A DNA stretch of 64,000 nucleotides. Source: Mobula hypostoma. Taxonomy: Eukaryota. Location: positions 237,896,001 through 237,960,000 of the forward strand of contig NC_086097.1 of assembly GCF_963921235.1 (NCBI RefSeq), read 5' to 3'. Below, piece by piece: positions 38,338 to 50,859 of the stretch; the stretch's first letter is position 1; each line of letters starts with the position of its first letter. The notes under the pieces were generated by a model. That model did not search any database and had not been told where the DNA came from. It was given only the letters and a program-made list of their open reading frames with translations. A program made the translations under genes and the position numbers.

Positions 38338-39551
38338 ATTGAAAATTGGGTAAGGTATAAAAGGAATCCATTGAGAGAGGATGGATGTGCTCTTTATTCA
38401 TGATGTGACTGCAGCTAAACTTTATGTTACGGTAAATGAAGAAACAAGCAAATATTTGCTCTAGGAAACAGGTACATAAATGTGAAATATGGTGATAAGA
38501 GTTGCCTCAGAGACACAAATACAGAAATTTCTTCATAGCAACTAACGTTATTCAGGAAATTATGCTTCCCTTTTTGAACGTTACCATGGAAACGCTTGCA
38601 TCTAATGTTAGCAAGCATTGTCTGGTATCACAAAATTATACTTATGAACTTGTACATGTGTATGTGAGCATGGGTATTAATTCTCTGATATTTTCAACAA
38701 AGACTTAATGAAGAACTCAAATTTATAAACCACTGAGATGATTTCTTAGGATGTTGTAAAGAGGCTTATAAGCAATTAAAAAAACAGAGAAAATACCACG
38801 TATTCTCATATTTACCAAATCCAACAGAAAATATATTTTTTAATCTGAATGTGTACCAGTGGATATCCTCTCATACAGATGTGCAAATACTGTATCTGTA
38901 AAACTTAAAGCACTGCCATTTGCATCAACGCTTCCAATGATGTCACACGCATGGCATGAAGGTGACTGTTCACTTTGAATTGTTATTCTGCTTTTGTCTT
39001 TTCAGAGAACTTTGAATGGAATTCTAACAAAGCATTTCCATGCCCTGTAATGCTGTTTCTCATCAAAACCGTGATTAAACAATCACTGATGTGTAATTGA
39101 GATCACTGCAGGCAGAATTTGGGCAGCACTTTTGATCTTTTAAGAATTCTGTAACCTTCTGAAATCATTATTTTGTGGGAGCACAATATAATTTCAGCAG
39201 TCCTAACACCATAATGTCAGCAATCATAAGGCAGTAGGTCACTGTCCTGAGTTGTGTATAGATTGAAAGCAAAGACAAAATAAAAATCTTTCAATGAAAG
39301 CAAAAGACAACTGATTTCAAATCCAGTTAAGCTAATACCGACACCACAGGTTGACCTATCTGAATCACTTACAGACATCACAAAATCCAAGGCCTCAATA
39401 CATATCCCTGGCTGACAGCAACATTTGAGTACATTATTTCCACTCTTTGTCTAGAAGTTCATTCTAGAAGTTTGAGAAATGAATTTTGACGTGTGAGGCA
39501 TTTAATATGGTCAATGTATAATGATTTTTAGCACTAAAACCCATATATAAA

Positions 39552-40050
39552 ATTGAATTGAATTGAATTTACTTTATTTCTTAAATCCTTCACAAACATG
39601 AGGAGTAAAAATCTTTACGTTACGTCTCCGTCTAAATGTAAAAGGTACAATTTATAGTAATTTGTTATGAATAGTATGCACAACACGACTGTCAATATAG
39701 CATAGATATACCATTGTGTCAGTGTGAATTAATCAGTCCGACGGCCTGGTGGAAGAAGCTGTCCCGGAGTCTGTTGGTCCTGGCTTTAATGCTGCTGTGC
39801 TGTTTCCCAGATGGTAGCAGCTAAAACAGTTTGTAGTTGGGATGACGTGGGTCCCCAATGATCCTTCAGGCCCTTTTTACACACCTGTCTCTGTAAATGT
39901 CCTGAATAGTGGGAAGCTCACATCTACAGATGTGCTGGGCTGTACGCACCACTCTGCCGAGTCCTGTGATTGAGGGAGGTACAGTTCCCATACCAGGGGT
40001 AGTGATGCAGCCAATTAGGATGCATTCAATTATGCCCCTGTAGAAAGTCC
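39552..40050 (-). mobile_element. Rex1-like LINE 3' fragment
   Basis: (AATTG)n tail; minus strand LGCITT..RVVRTAQHI..IKARTNRLRDSFFHQAV. Confidence 0.75.
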
Positions 40051-40219
40051 TATTCTAGGCATCTCTCCCTACTTCTTTAATAATTGTCTACCCAAGTCAA
40101 TTTGTTGCCTCTATTTCAGCACACTTTCATTTTTGTTAATTTTTCATGTAATCCTATGAATGTCTTGACAATAACTAGATTCATTAGACTTGGTGTATCT
40201 TCAAAATTCCTAGTGACTC

Positions 40220-40493
40220 TCATAGAGTCATAGAAAAGTACAGCACAGAAGTAGGACTTTCAACCCATCTGGTCTGTACTGAACCATTTAAACTGCCTAC
40301 TCCCATCAACTTGCACCGGGACCATAGCTCTCCATACCCTTACCATCCATAAACCTATCCAGACTTCTCTTAAACATTGAAATTGAGCTCACATGCACCA
40401 CTTGCTCTGGCATCTTGTTCCACACTCTCATGACCTTCTCAGAGATCACGTTTTCCTTAAACGTTTCATCTTTAACCCATGACCTCCAGTTTC
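40220..40493 (-). mobile_element. CR1 3' fragment
   Basis: RVWNKMPEQVV..FKRSLDRFMD peptide; (CATAGAGT)n tail. Confidence 0.85.
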
Positions 40494-40611
40494 TCATGTA
40501 GCCCTATCAATGTCTTGACAATAACTAGGTTCATGGACTCGGTGAATGTGTGAATGGACCGCGTTTCAATCCCATAACTCCTGAATCAACAAGGTTCTGT
40601 AAGGATAGTAA

Positions 40612-40900
40612 GGGTGGTATGGTATCATAGCACTCAGTGCAATGCTTTACACTGCTAGCTGTAAGATCAGAGTTCAACTCCCACCGTTGCCTGTAAGGAG
40701 ACTGCATGTTCTCCCTGTTTCCTCCAAGCGCTCTGGTTTCTTCCCAGCCTCCAATAGTTTATGCTCGAGTTAGTCAGTTGTGGGCATGCTCTGTTAGTGC
40801 CGGGAGAATGGTGACACTTCTAGACTGCTGAGCACAATTGTTACGAATAGATTAGATACAAATAATACATTTTGATGTACATGTGACAAATAAAGCTAAT
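40612..40900 (+). mobile_element. tRNA-derived V-SINE-like element
   Basis: B-box-like GAGTTCAACTCCC; TTTCCTCCAAGCGCTCTGGTTTCTTCCCA core; GTGACAAATAAAGCTAATCTT tail. Confidence 0.6.
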
Positions 40901-40984
40901 CTTACATAATATATCTAATTTTTCAGTAAGTTTCTTCAATGTACAGAAATAAAAACCATCTGCTCCCAAAAATTTATTTAGCAT

Positions 40985-41229
40985 CAGATTCCTAGGACAC
41001 ATCATGCGGAAAGACGAACTAGAAAATCTCATACTCTCTGGAAAGATTGAGGGGAACAAACCCAGAGGAAGACCTCGACTTATCCAGCAGCATCCATCAT
41101 CAAAAGCATAGCCAGCTGGCGACACGTCGAGGAAATGGAAGTCATCCAAAAAACGAAGGGTAGATCTACATGGAAAACCATGGTCACCAACGTCCGCATC
41201 GGATATGGTACCTAGACAGACAGACAGAC
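40985..41229 (+). mobile_element. RTE LINE 3' fragment
   Basis: RFLGHIMRKDELENLILSGKIEGNKPRGRPRL peptide; (AGAC)n tail. Confidence 0.8.
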
Positions 41230-41539
41230 TTTCCCACATCTCACTCATATGAGATCTAATAAATTTCTCCCTTTGATCTTTAATTTTATTTATTGGAAAG
41301 GTGGAGTACTGTTAAGCTAATCTTATGCCAAGTAGAGGTCTGTTTGAGCACAAAATTAAAATGCATCCCAAGCACAACAAATCAGGCCCATCATCCAGTC
41401 TTGAGGTCATAATATTTTTGATACCTTATCCAAAGTCAGCACCTATTGTCAGGTCCCACTGAGTTTGCTTTAGCCAGCCAGGTTCAATTATAGCATCTTG
41501 GTGTCTTTTTATATAAAGTACCAGCCTTGTCAATCTGAC

Positions 41540-42142
41540 CCAAACCAAAAGGCACATATTTTGAGACTAGAACTAGAGACCATACACGAAGGTTGAATGT
41601 TGAAATGTTTGAAGGGAACCCGAGGGAGGGTGGTGCGGGTGTGGAATGAACTGCCAGTGGAAGAGGTGTTTGCGGGTTTGATTGCCACATTTAAGAGAAG
41701 TTTGGTTATGAATGTTGATGGGAGAGGCATGGAGGGCTCTTGTCCAGGTGGGTGTTAATGAATTACAGTCTGGCAGGAACTAGACTGAGGTCAATTACAA
41801 GAAGTGCTGCCATAAGAAAGCAGCATCCATCATCAAGGTCATCCACCATCCAGGCCATGCCCTCTTCTCACTCCTACTGTCGGGTAGGAGGTACAGGAGC
41901 CTTAGGTCCCAAAGCACCAAGTTGAGAAACAGTTATTACCTTTCAACCATCATGCTTCTGAACCAGCATTATTTATGCATAATTTTTCATAAATTCTATT
42001 TTATTTCTTTATTTTCCCAAGTGCCTGCATGAAAGTAAGTTTCAAGATAGTATCTGGTGGTACATACATAGTTTGATCATAAATTTGCTTTGACTTGACT
42101 TTGAAGGAACTATTTCTGTGCTGTAGTGCTCTATGACTCTAT
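41540..42142 (+). mobile_element. CR1 3' fragment with a Rex/Babar piece nested at about 41785-42103
   Basis: CR1 RVWNELP region, then Rex KAASIIK..HPGHALFSLLLSGRRYRSL, then the CR1 tail CTCTATGACTCTAT resumes. Confidence 0.7.
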
Positions 42143-42382
42143 ATTTTTTGATATACAGCCAGCCTAAACATAATGTATGCAGTTGGGTCTCCCTGTTTCA
42201 GATAGGCTCACACATCAAGATCAGTAAGGGGAAGAATGTGTCTGAAAGAACAAGAGATAACAGAAGTGCCTTTGACTTATCATCGGTGATATGTTACTAG
42301 TACATAAAGGAGGTTGGGAGGGTTGCCAAGCAGTCAGGCCGATGGTAAGAAAGTGGGAGAAGCAGGGCAGGAACTTGTATCA

Positions 42383-42648
42383 TGGTAGCGTTGTGGTTAG
42401 CACAGTGCGTTACAATACAGGTGACCTGGGTTCGATTTCTGCTGCTACCTGTTAAGGAGTTTGGACATGTGTCTGGGTGGGTTTCTTCCAGGTGCTCTGG
42501 TTTTTTCCCACAGTCCAATGATGCACCAGTTGGTAGGTTAACTGGTCATTGTGAATTGTCCCGTGCTTAAATTGGAGATTGCTGGGCGGTGCAGCTTGAA
42601 GACCCAGAAGGGCCTACTCAATGCTGTATCTAAATAAATAAATAAATA
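42383..42648 (+). mobile_element. tRNA-derived V-SINE-like element
   Basis: A-box-like TAGCGTTGTGG, B-box GGTTCGATTTC, core GGGTTTCTTCCAGGTGCTCTGGTTTTTTCCCACAGTCCAA, (TAAA)n tail. Confidence 0.75.
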
Positions 42649-42936
42649 GCATCTTACGTTTGTATGAGGGCTCAGCAGGCCAAATGAGTAGAAATCAGAT
42701 GTGATGGAGGACAAGAGTTAAAAAAAAGGGGGATGTGCTTTTTTACTACCTGCAGCAAGCTGTCAATGCTGGAATCCAATAGCTGCAATGAGGTCAGGCA
42801 GGACTTCCAAGTTTAGCCAAAGCTGGACTCATAGCAGTAGTGAAGACCTGCCACTGAATGTACAGCTTACGCCATCCATAGGCCACCAGCATCTCAATGA
42901 AATTTACTGAGATTGTAGCTAAATGAACACTACAAG

Positions 42937-45900
42937 CATAGAAACATAGAAAACCTGCAGCACAATACAGGTCCTTTGGCCCACAATGCTGTGCTGAATA
43001 TGTACTTACTTTAGAAATTACCTTGGGTTACCCATAGCCCTCTATTTTTCTAAGCTCCATGTACCTATCCAGGAGTCTCTTAAAAGACCGGATTGTATCC
43101 GCCTCTACCACAGTCACTGACAGCCCATTCCACACACTCACCACTCTCTGCGTAAAAAAAAACTTACCCCTGACATCTCCTCTGTAGCTACCTCCAAGCA
43201 CCTTAAAACTATGCCCTCTCGTGCTAGCCATTTCAGCCCTGGGGAATAAACCTCTGACTATCCACACGATCAGTGCCTCTCATCATCTTGCAAACCTCTA
43301 TCAGGTCACCTCTCATCCTCTGCCGCTCCAAGGAGAAAAGCTCGAGTTCACTCAACCTTTTCTCATAAGGGATGCTCCCCAATCCAGGCACTATCCTTTT
43401 AAATCTCCTCTGTACCCTTTCTATAGTTTCCACATCCTTCCTGTAGTGAGGTGACCGGAACTGAACACAGTACTCCAAGTGGGGTCTGACCAGGGTCCTA
43501 GATAGTTGTAACATTACCTCTCGGCTCTTAAACTCAATTCCACAGTTGATGAAGGCCAATGCACCGTATGCCTCCTTAACCACAGAGTCGACCTGTGCAG
43601 CAGCTCTGAGTGTCCTTTGGACTCGGACCCCAAGATCCCTCTGATCCTCCACACTGCCAAGAGTCTTACCATTAATGCTATGTTCTGCCATCATATTTGA
43701 CCTACCAAAATGAACCACCTCCCACTTATTTGGGTTGAACTCCATCTGCCACTTCTCAGCCCAGTTTTACATCCTATCAATGTCCCGCTGTAACCCCTGA
43801 CAGCCCTCCACACTATTCACAACACCCACAACCTTTGTTTCATCAACAAATTTACTAATCTATCCCTTCAATTACTCACCCAAATCATTTTTAAAAATCA
43901 CGAAGAGAAGGGGTCCCAGATCAGATCCCTGAGGCACACCACTGGTCTCCAACCTCCATGCAGAATATGACCTCTCTGCAACCACTCTTTGCCTCCAGTT
44001 GGCAAGCCACTTCTGGATCCACAAAGCAATGTCCCCTTGGATCCAATGCCTCCTTACTTTCTCAATGAACTTTGTATGGGGTACCTTATCAAATGCTTTG
44101 CTGAAATCCATATACACTACATCTACTACACTAGCTGCATTAACAGATTTAGTCACATCCTCAAAAATTTCAATCTGTCTTGTAAGATACGACGTGCCTT
44201 TGACAAAGCCATGTTGACTATTCCTAATCATATTATGCCTCTCCAAATGTTCATAAATCTGCCTCTCAAGATCTTTCCCATCAACTTACCAATGACTGAA
44301 GTAAGACTCAAAGGTCTATAATTTCCTTGGCTATCTCTATTCCCTTTCTTGAATAAGGGAACGACATCTGCAACCTTCCAATCCTCTAGAACCTCTCCCA
44401 GACCCATTGATGATGCAAAGATCATTGCCAGGGGATCAGCAATCTCCTCCTTCACCTCCCACAGTATCCTGGTGTACATCTCATCTGGTCCCGGAGACAT
44501 ATCTAACTTCATGCTTTCCAAAAGCTCTAGCACAACCTCTTTCTTAATGTTTATATGCTCAAGCTTTTCAATCCACAATAAATCATCCCTACAATCGCCA
44601 AGATCCTTTTCTGTAGTAAATACTGTAGTACTGCAGTAAATTCTGTAGTATTCATTAAATATCTCTGCTATCTCCTCCAGTTCCATACACACTTTTCCAC
44701 TGTTGCACTTGATTGGATCTATTCTCTCATGTCATCCTCTTGCTCTTCACATACTTACAGAATGCCTTGGGGTTTTCTTTAATCCTGCTCTCATGGCCCC
44801 TTCTGGCTCTCCTAATTTCATTCTTAAACTTCTTCCTGCTAGCCATATAATCTTCTAGATCTCTATCTTTACCTAGTTTTTTGAACCTTTTGTAAGCTTT
44901 TCTTTTCTTTTTGACTAGATTTTCAACAGCTTTTTTACACCATGGTTCCTGTACCCAGCCATCATTTCCCTGTGTCATTGGAACGTACCTATGCAGAACT
45001 CCATTGAAATATCCCATGAACGTTTGCCACATTTCTGCTGTACATTTCCCTGAGAACATCTGTTCCCAATTTATGCTTCCAAGTTCCTGCCTGATAGCTT
45101 CATATTTCCCCTTACTCCAATTAAACACTTTTCTAACTTGTCTGTTCCTATCCCTCTCCAATGCTATGGTAAAGGAGATAGAATTCTGATCACTATCTCC
45201 AAAATGCTCTCCTACTAAGAGACCTGACACCTGATCAGGTTCATTTCCCAATACCAGATCAAGTATAGCCTCTCCTCTTGTAGGCTTATCAACATACTGA
45301 GTCAGGAAACCTTCCTGAAACACCTAACAAACTCCACCCCATCTAAACCTCTCATTCTAGGGAGATGCCAATCAATATTGGGGAAATTAAAATCCCCCAT
45401 CACAATGTCCCCGTTATTACTGCACCCTTCCAGAACCTATCTCCCTATCTGCTCTTCAATGTCCCTGTTTCTATTGGATGGTCCATAAAAAACACCTAGT
45501 AGAGTTATTGACCCCTTCCTGCTCCTAACTTCCACTACAGAGACTCAGTAGACAATACCTCCATGACTTTCTCCTTTTCTGCAGCTGTGACACACTTTCT
45601 GATCAGCAGTACCACGCCCCCACCTCTTTTGCCTCCCTCCCTGTCCTTTCTGAATCATCTAAAGCCTGGCACTCGAAGTAACCATTCCTGCCCCTGAGCC
45701 ATCCAAGTCTCTGTAATGGCCACAACATCATAGCCACAAGTATTGATCTACGCTCTAAGCTCATCCTCTTTGTTCATGATGCTTCTTGCATTAGAATAGA
45801 CACATCTCAAACCATCGGCTTGAGTGTATCCCTTCTCTATCTCCTGCCTATCTTTCCTCTCGCACTGTCTCCAAGCTTTCTCTATTTGTGAGCCAACTGC

Positions 45901-46235
45901 CCTTCCCTCCATCTCTTCAGTTCAGTTCCCAGCCCCCAGTGATTCTAGTTTAAACACTGCCCAACAGCCTTAGCAAACCTCCCTGCTAAGGGATATTGGT
46001 CCCCCTCAGATTCAAGTGCAACCCGTCCTTTTTGCACAGGTCACGCCTGTCCCAAAAGAGGTCCCAATGATCCAGAGATTTGAATCCCTGCCCCCTGCTT
46101 CAATCCCTCAGCCACATATTTATCCTCCACCTCACTCTACTCCTGCACTCACAGTCGCGTGGCACAGGCAATAATCCCGAGATTACTACCTTTGAGGTCC
46201 TGCTTCTCAACTTCTTTCCTAACTTCCTGTAGTCT
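42937..46235 (-). mobile_element. Near full-length decayed CR1 LINE
   Basis: ORF1 end (DHWDLFW..KKDGLHLN) near 46000-46230; endonuclease LTQYVDKPTRGEAILDLVL..GDSDQN; RT YMDFSKAFDKVPH and SGVPQGS; (CATAGAAA)n tail. Confidence 0.93.
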
Positions 46236-46914
46236 GAGGCTCCTTGTGGAGCATAGGTATGTTCTATGTATAGAAGATGGAAAAGATTAATACTGACTTC
46301 AGAAACAATGCACTGTACATTAATCAGCTATTTGATAAGTACCTACCTAATAGAAGCTCTGGGTCACTCTTTCATGCAATTATTTCAGGGAAAACTTCAA
46401 AGTATTTTTATAGGAGTTTGTCAATTATTTCAAAAACTTTAAGATTAGTTATTCAACACTATGTTGTTCCTTTAACGTACTTCAGCTAAAAGAGAATTAT
46501 TAATTCAAAAGGTTTTGCAATTAAACTATACAGAGAGACTGGAGTACTTTGTTTTTTAATGCGTTAAGAAGAAACTTGTACTTCATGGCCTCAAGACATC
46601 CCAAAAGTGCTTTTCTGTCAGTGAAATACTTTTTGCAGATTTTTTTTGTTATAATTTACTTATGTTAATTCATTGCAATAGAATTAGTGGCAGACAGCCT
46701 TGGAACAAATTATTTGCCTCATTATCAATGGAACAACTATGTGAAAGCCCCTAGGTGTCCCTATCATTGCATTAACAATGTTTATTTTAACCTTCAGTGA
46801 AGTATCAGCAACGTCTCTACCATGTAGGGAAATAAACTCTTGCATTTAATTTTTTCAGCACTTAAGAACTAAATGTGGCACTACAAATTAGCCAGATGAT
46901 TAGATCTTTAGATT

Positions 46915-47225
46915 TAGATTTATACATTTAAATTAGTTTTATATGTTACATGTACATCAAAATATTGAAACATATAGCAAAAGGCATAATTTTTCGTTAA
47001 ATCTAATCAGCAAGATTTGTGCTGGAGCAGCCCACAGGTATTGCCTTGTCTCCAGTCCCCTCATAGCATGCCCCCCACTTAATAACCCTAACCCATACAT
47101 CTTTGGACTGCGGAGGGAAGCCAATGCAGTCAATGGGAGAGTGTACAAGCTCCTTACAGACAGTGGCGGGAATCAAACCCTGACAGCTGATTGCTGGTGC
47201 TGTAAATCAGTTGTGCCGTTACAAT
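46915..47225 (-). mobile_element. SINE-like element
   Basis: Reverse of the 40612 family: GACAGTGGCGGGAATCAAACCC (B-box) and TTTATATGTTACATGTACATC tail. Confidence 0.55.
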
Positions 47226-47811
47226 TAAAAACTACAGTTCCCTTTCTCTATACAAAGATGAGGAAATGCTGAAGCTACATAATGAGAGGAGCGGAGTGAA
47301 GGTTGTCACATCGAGGTAGAGTTGGCACTCTGCCTGTCATTGCAAGAGTATTCAGTCGATTCAGTTTCAAACCTAAGATGTTTCTGACTATGTCAAATCA
47401 CTACCTTGATACAGAAAGTGCAATAGTATAAGCTTACTGAGAGGGATTGCACTGAGCTGTATTTCTAAGTTTACAGCCACACTATTTGGCATTTGTACTG
47501 ACAAATCCTACAGTGATAGATTGCAGAAGGTCCAGGGAAAATTCAGATTAAAATAACCTATTTTCACCTTCCCTGCATTGTGGGATACTCAAACTTTCTA
47601 AACACTTTAAACAAATGCCAATAATGGCTGGTGTTCGACAAACGGCAATCGCTTTTTATTTTCACATAACCATGTTTGTGTTGGTAAGCTCGAAAATAAG
47701 TAACGTAAATCTGTACTGGTTTAATTCACCTACAAAATTTATGGCAATCTAAACAATTTTAAAAAAACAAAAATGGTAAATTTTGATCTGCAAGTCTTAA
47801 ATATGCATGAC

Positions 47812-48210
47812 CGTTAATTCTGAAGTTCTGAAAAATGAGGGGATCTCATTGTAAGCTTTTGAATATTGAAATGTCTGGATAAAGTGGATGTGAGGTAGAT
47901 ATTTCCTATAGTGGAGGAGTCTAGGATCAGAAGGCACAGCCTCGGAGGAGAGGGACGTCTATTTAGAACAGAGACGAGGAGGGTGGTGAATCTGTGGAAT
48001 TCATTGCAACAGATGGCTATGCAAGACAAGTCACTGGGTATATTTAAGACAGATGGTGATAAATTCTTGATTAACCAGGGCGTTGAAGGTTACATAGAGA
48101 AAGCAAGAGAATAGGTTTGAGAAGGATAATAAATCAGACATAATGTAATGGTGGAGCAGACTCAACGGGTCAAATGGCCTAATTTCCTCTCCCGTGTTTT
48201 ATGATCTTAA
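47812..48210 (+). mobile_element. CR1 3' fragment
   Basis: EESRIRRHSL..RVVNLWNSL peptide. Confidence 0.85.
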
Positions 48211-48429
48211 TACAAACATTTATTTATTGGTTTTGCCACCAACCTTAAAATAATTTTAAGCTCTATTTTTCTGAAGAACTGTACTTCTTAGTTTTGTGTA
48301 AATTCAATTCCACACTTGCTTTCATTATAAAAGTTAAAAACTAATCAGAGGCAAAATGAGCTATGAACATTCAGAGTGTAAATATGTTAAATACCACAGC
48401 CATTTCATGTATGTGAAGTTTGAGTTAGT

Positions 48430-48735
48430 ATCAGAGCTTGTACAAGGAGGAGAGAAATATATCTCATAGAATGAGGAGAACATGTCTTCTGAGGATTGGA
48501 TGAGTGAAGTAGCGTTATTTCTCTTTGGAGCGAAGGACGATGAGAAGTAACTTAATAGTGGTGTATAAGATGATAAGAGGAATAGATAGACGGGCAGCCA
48601 ACCCCATTTTACCAGGGTGGCAAAGGCTAGCATTAGTAGACATTTTTTTAAAGTGAGTTTAGGGGAAATGTCAGAAGTAAGTTTTATTTTACACAGCGAG
48701 CGGAAGGTGCCCAGAATGCATTGCCGGGGTGGCAA
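48430..48735 (+). mobile_element. Old CR1 3' fragment
   Basis: EDWMSEVALFLFGAKDD-like decayed LFSLERRR region. Confidence 0.55.
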
Positions 48736-48834
48736 TGTATTCCAGGTATTCTCCACTCTCTGTGTAAAAAAAAAGATGTACAGTACATGGCGAATAAAGT
48801 TGATCTTTGATATTTTAGCCTTTAGCCCCAGGGT

Positions 48835-49220
48835 GATAGAGAAACAAAAACAGATCCTATGGTCCATCTAGTCCATGCCGAACCATTTAACCAGCCTCCT
48901 CCCATTGACGTCCACCAGGACCACAACCCTCCATACCCTTACCATCCATGTACCTATTCAAACTTCTCTTAAATGTTGAAATCAAGCTCGTGGGCACCAC
49001 TTATGCTGGCAGATCATTCCACACTCTCAGCACGCTCTGATTAAAGAAGTTTTCCCTCATGCTCCCATTAAACTTTTCACTGTTCACCCTTAACCTATGA
49101 CCTCTGGTTGTAGTCTGACCCAACCTCAGTGAAAAAAGTCTTCTATCTGTCCCCCTCATAATTTTGTATAACTCTATCAAATCTCTTCTCAATCTTCTAC
49201 ATTCCTTATAATCAGGTCCC
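48835..49220 (-). mobile_element. CR1 3' fragment
   Basis: RRDLIELYKIMRG..TRGHRLRV..RVWNDLP peptide. Confidence 0.85.
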
Positions 49221-49529
49221 CCAGACTGGGCAACAAGAACACATCTTAATACATCAAGAATCGGCTTTACTTGCCATATACATTTACATTAATTAGGAAT
49301 TTGCTATGATGTGTTAGTGGTCGGGGTGCGACATGTAATGAAGAAAACAACATTCAACATTTATAAAGAATATAGAAATATATAAAATAGATCCACAGGT
49401 TAAAGAGGGTATTGGATAAATGTGCATAAATACATAGATACCAACATGAACTTACATTAGGTAAATTTAATAGATTTTTCGATAAGCGCATGAATGAAAG
49501 GAAAATGGAGAGTAATGGGATATGTGTGT

Positions 49530-50148
49530 GGCTTTTAGAGGGATCTGCATCAGCTGGAAAAATGGGCTGAGAAATGGCAGATGGAATTTAATGCAAACAG
49601 GTGCAAGATTTTGCACTTTGGTTGGAACAACCAGGGTAGGTCTTACACAGCGAACAATACGGAATTGAGGAGTGTGGGAGAGGAATCTGGTACATAATTT
49701 GCTGAAAGTGGTGGCACAGATAGATAGGGTCATAAAGAAAGTTTTTGGCACATTGGCCTTCGTAAATCGACGTATTGAGTACCGAAGATGGGATGTTATG
49801 TTGAAGTTGCATAAGACATTGGTGAGGCTTAATTTGGAGTATTTATGTGCAGTTCTGGTCACCTACCCGCAGGAAAGATGCAAAAAGTCTGAAAGAGTGC
49901 AGAAAAAATTTACAAGGTTATTGCTGGGTCTGGAGGACCTGAGTTATAAGGAAATATTGAATAGGTTAGGACTGTATTCTTCAGAATGTAGAAGTTTGAG
50001 AGAAGATTTGATCGAGGTATTCAAAATTATGAAGGGTATAGATAGGGTAAATGTAAGCAGGTTAAGGGCAAAATGTGAGATTTTTAAAGGGAATATTTGG
50101 GGAAACCTGCAACCAGAGGGTGTGAGAGTGTGGAATGATCTGCCAGCG
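49530..50148 (+). mobile_element. CR1 fragment
   Basis: ORF 49672-50172 IEYRRWDVMLKL..EDLIEVFKIMKG. Confidence 0.85.
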
Positions 50149-50859
50149 CAGAATAAAGGTGGCCTTTTCTGATTGGCTGCCAGTGACCAGTGGTGTTCCT
50201 CAGTGGCTAGCATTGGGACCACATTGTGGAATTGATGGCTTTGTGGCTAAGTGTATGGATGATACGAAGATAGGTGGTGCTGAGGAAGCAATGCGACTGC
50301 AGCAGGACTTAGACAAATCAAAGGAATGGGGAAAAATGTGGCAGATATAATACAGAATTGGGAAATGTACGATAATGGATTTTGGTAAAAGGAACAGTAG
50401 TGCGGACTATTATCCAAATAGGGAGAAGCTTCAAATTTCAGAGCTGCAGAGGGACTTAGGAGCCCGCGTGCAAGATTCCCAGAAGTTTAATTTACAGGTT
50501 GAGATTGTGGTGAAGAAGGCAAATACAATGTTGGCATTTACTTCAAGGGGAATAGAATATAAAAGCAAGGAGATAATGTCGAGGCTTTTTAAGACACTAG
50601 TCAGGCGCACTTGGAGTATTGTCAACAGTTTTGGGCCCCATATCTCAGAAAGAATGTGTTGTCTTTGGAGAGAGTCCAGAGAAGGTTCACAGGGATGATT
50701 CCTGGAATGAAGGGGTTAACATATGAGGAGCGTTTGGCAGTTTTGGGCCTGTACTCAATCGAATTTAGAAGAATGTGTGAGAATCTCAGAGATACCTACT
50801 GAATGTTGAAAGGGCTAGATAGGATGGATGTGGAGAGGATGTTTCTGTGGTGGTGTTAT

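Noticed and set aside
42750..42800. Candidate small exons near 195-325, 18135-18220 and 42750-42800
   Set aside because: Splice-like dinucleotides are present, but the frames are short or contain stops and give no recognisable peptide.
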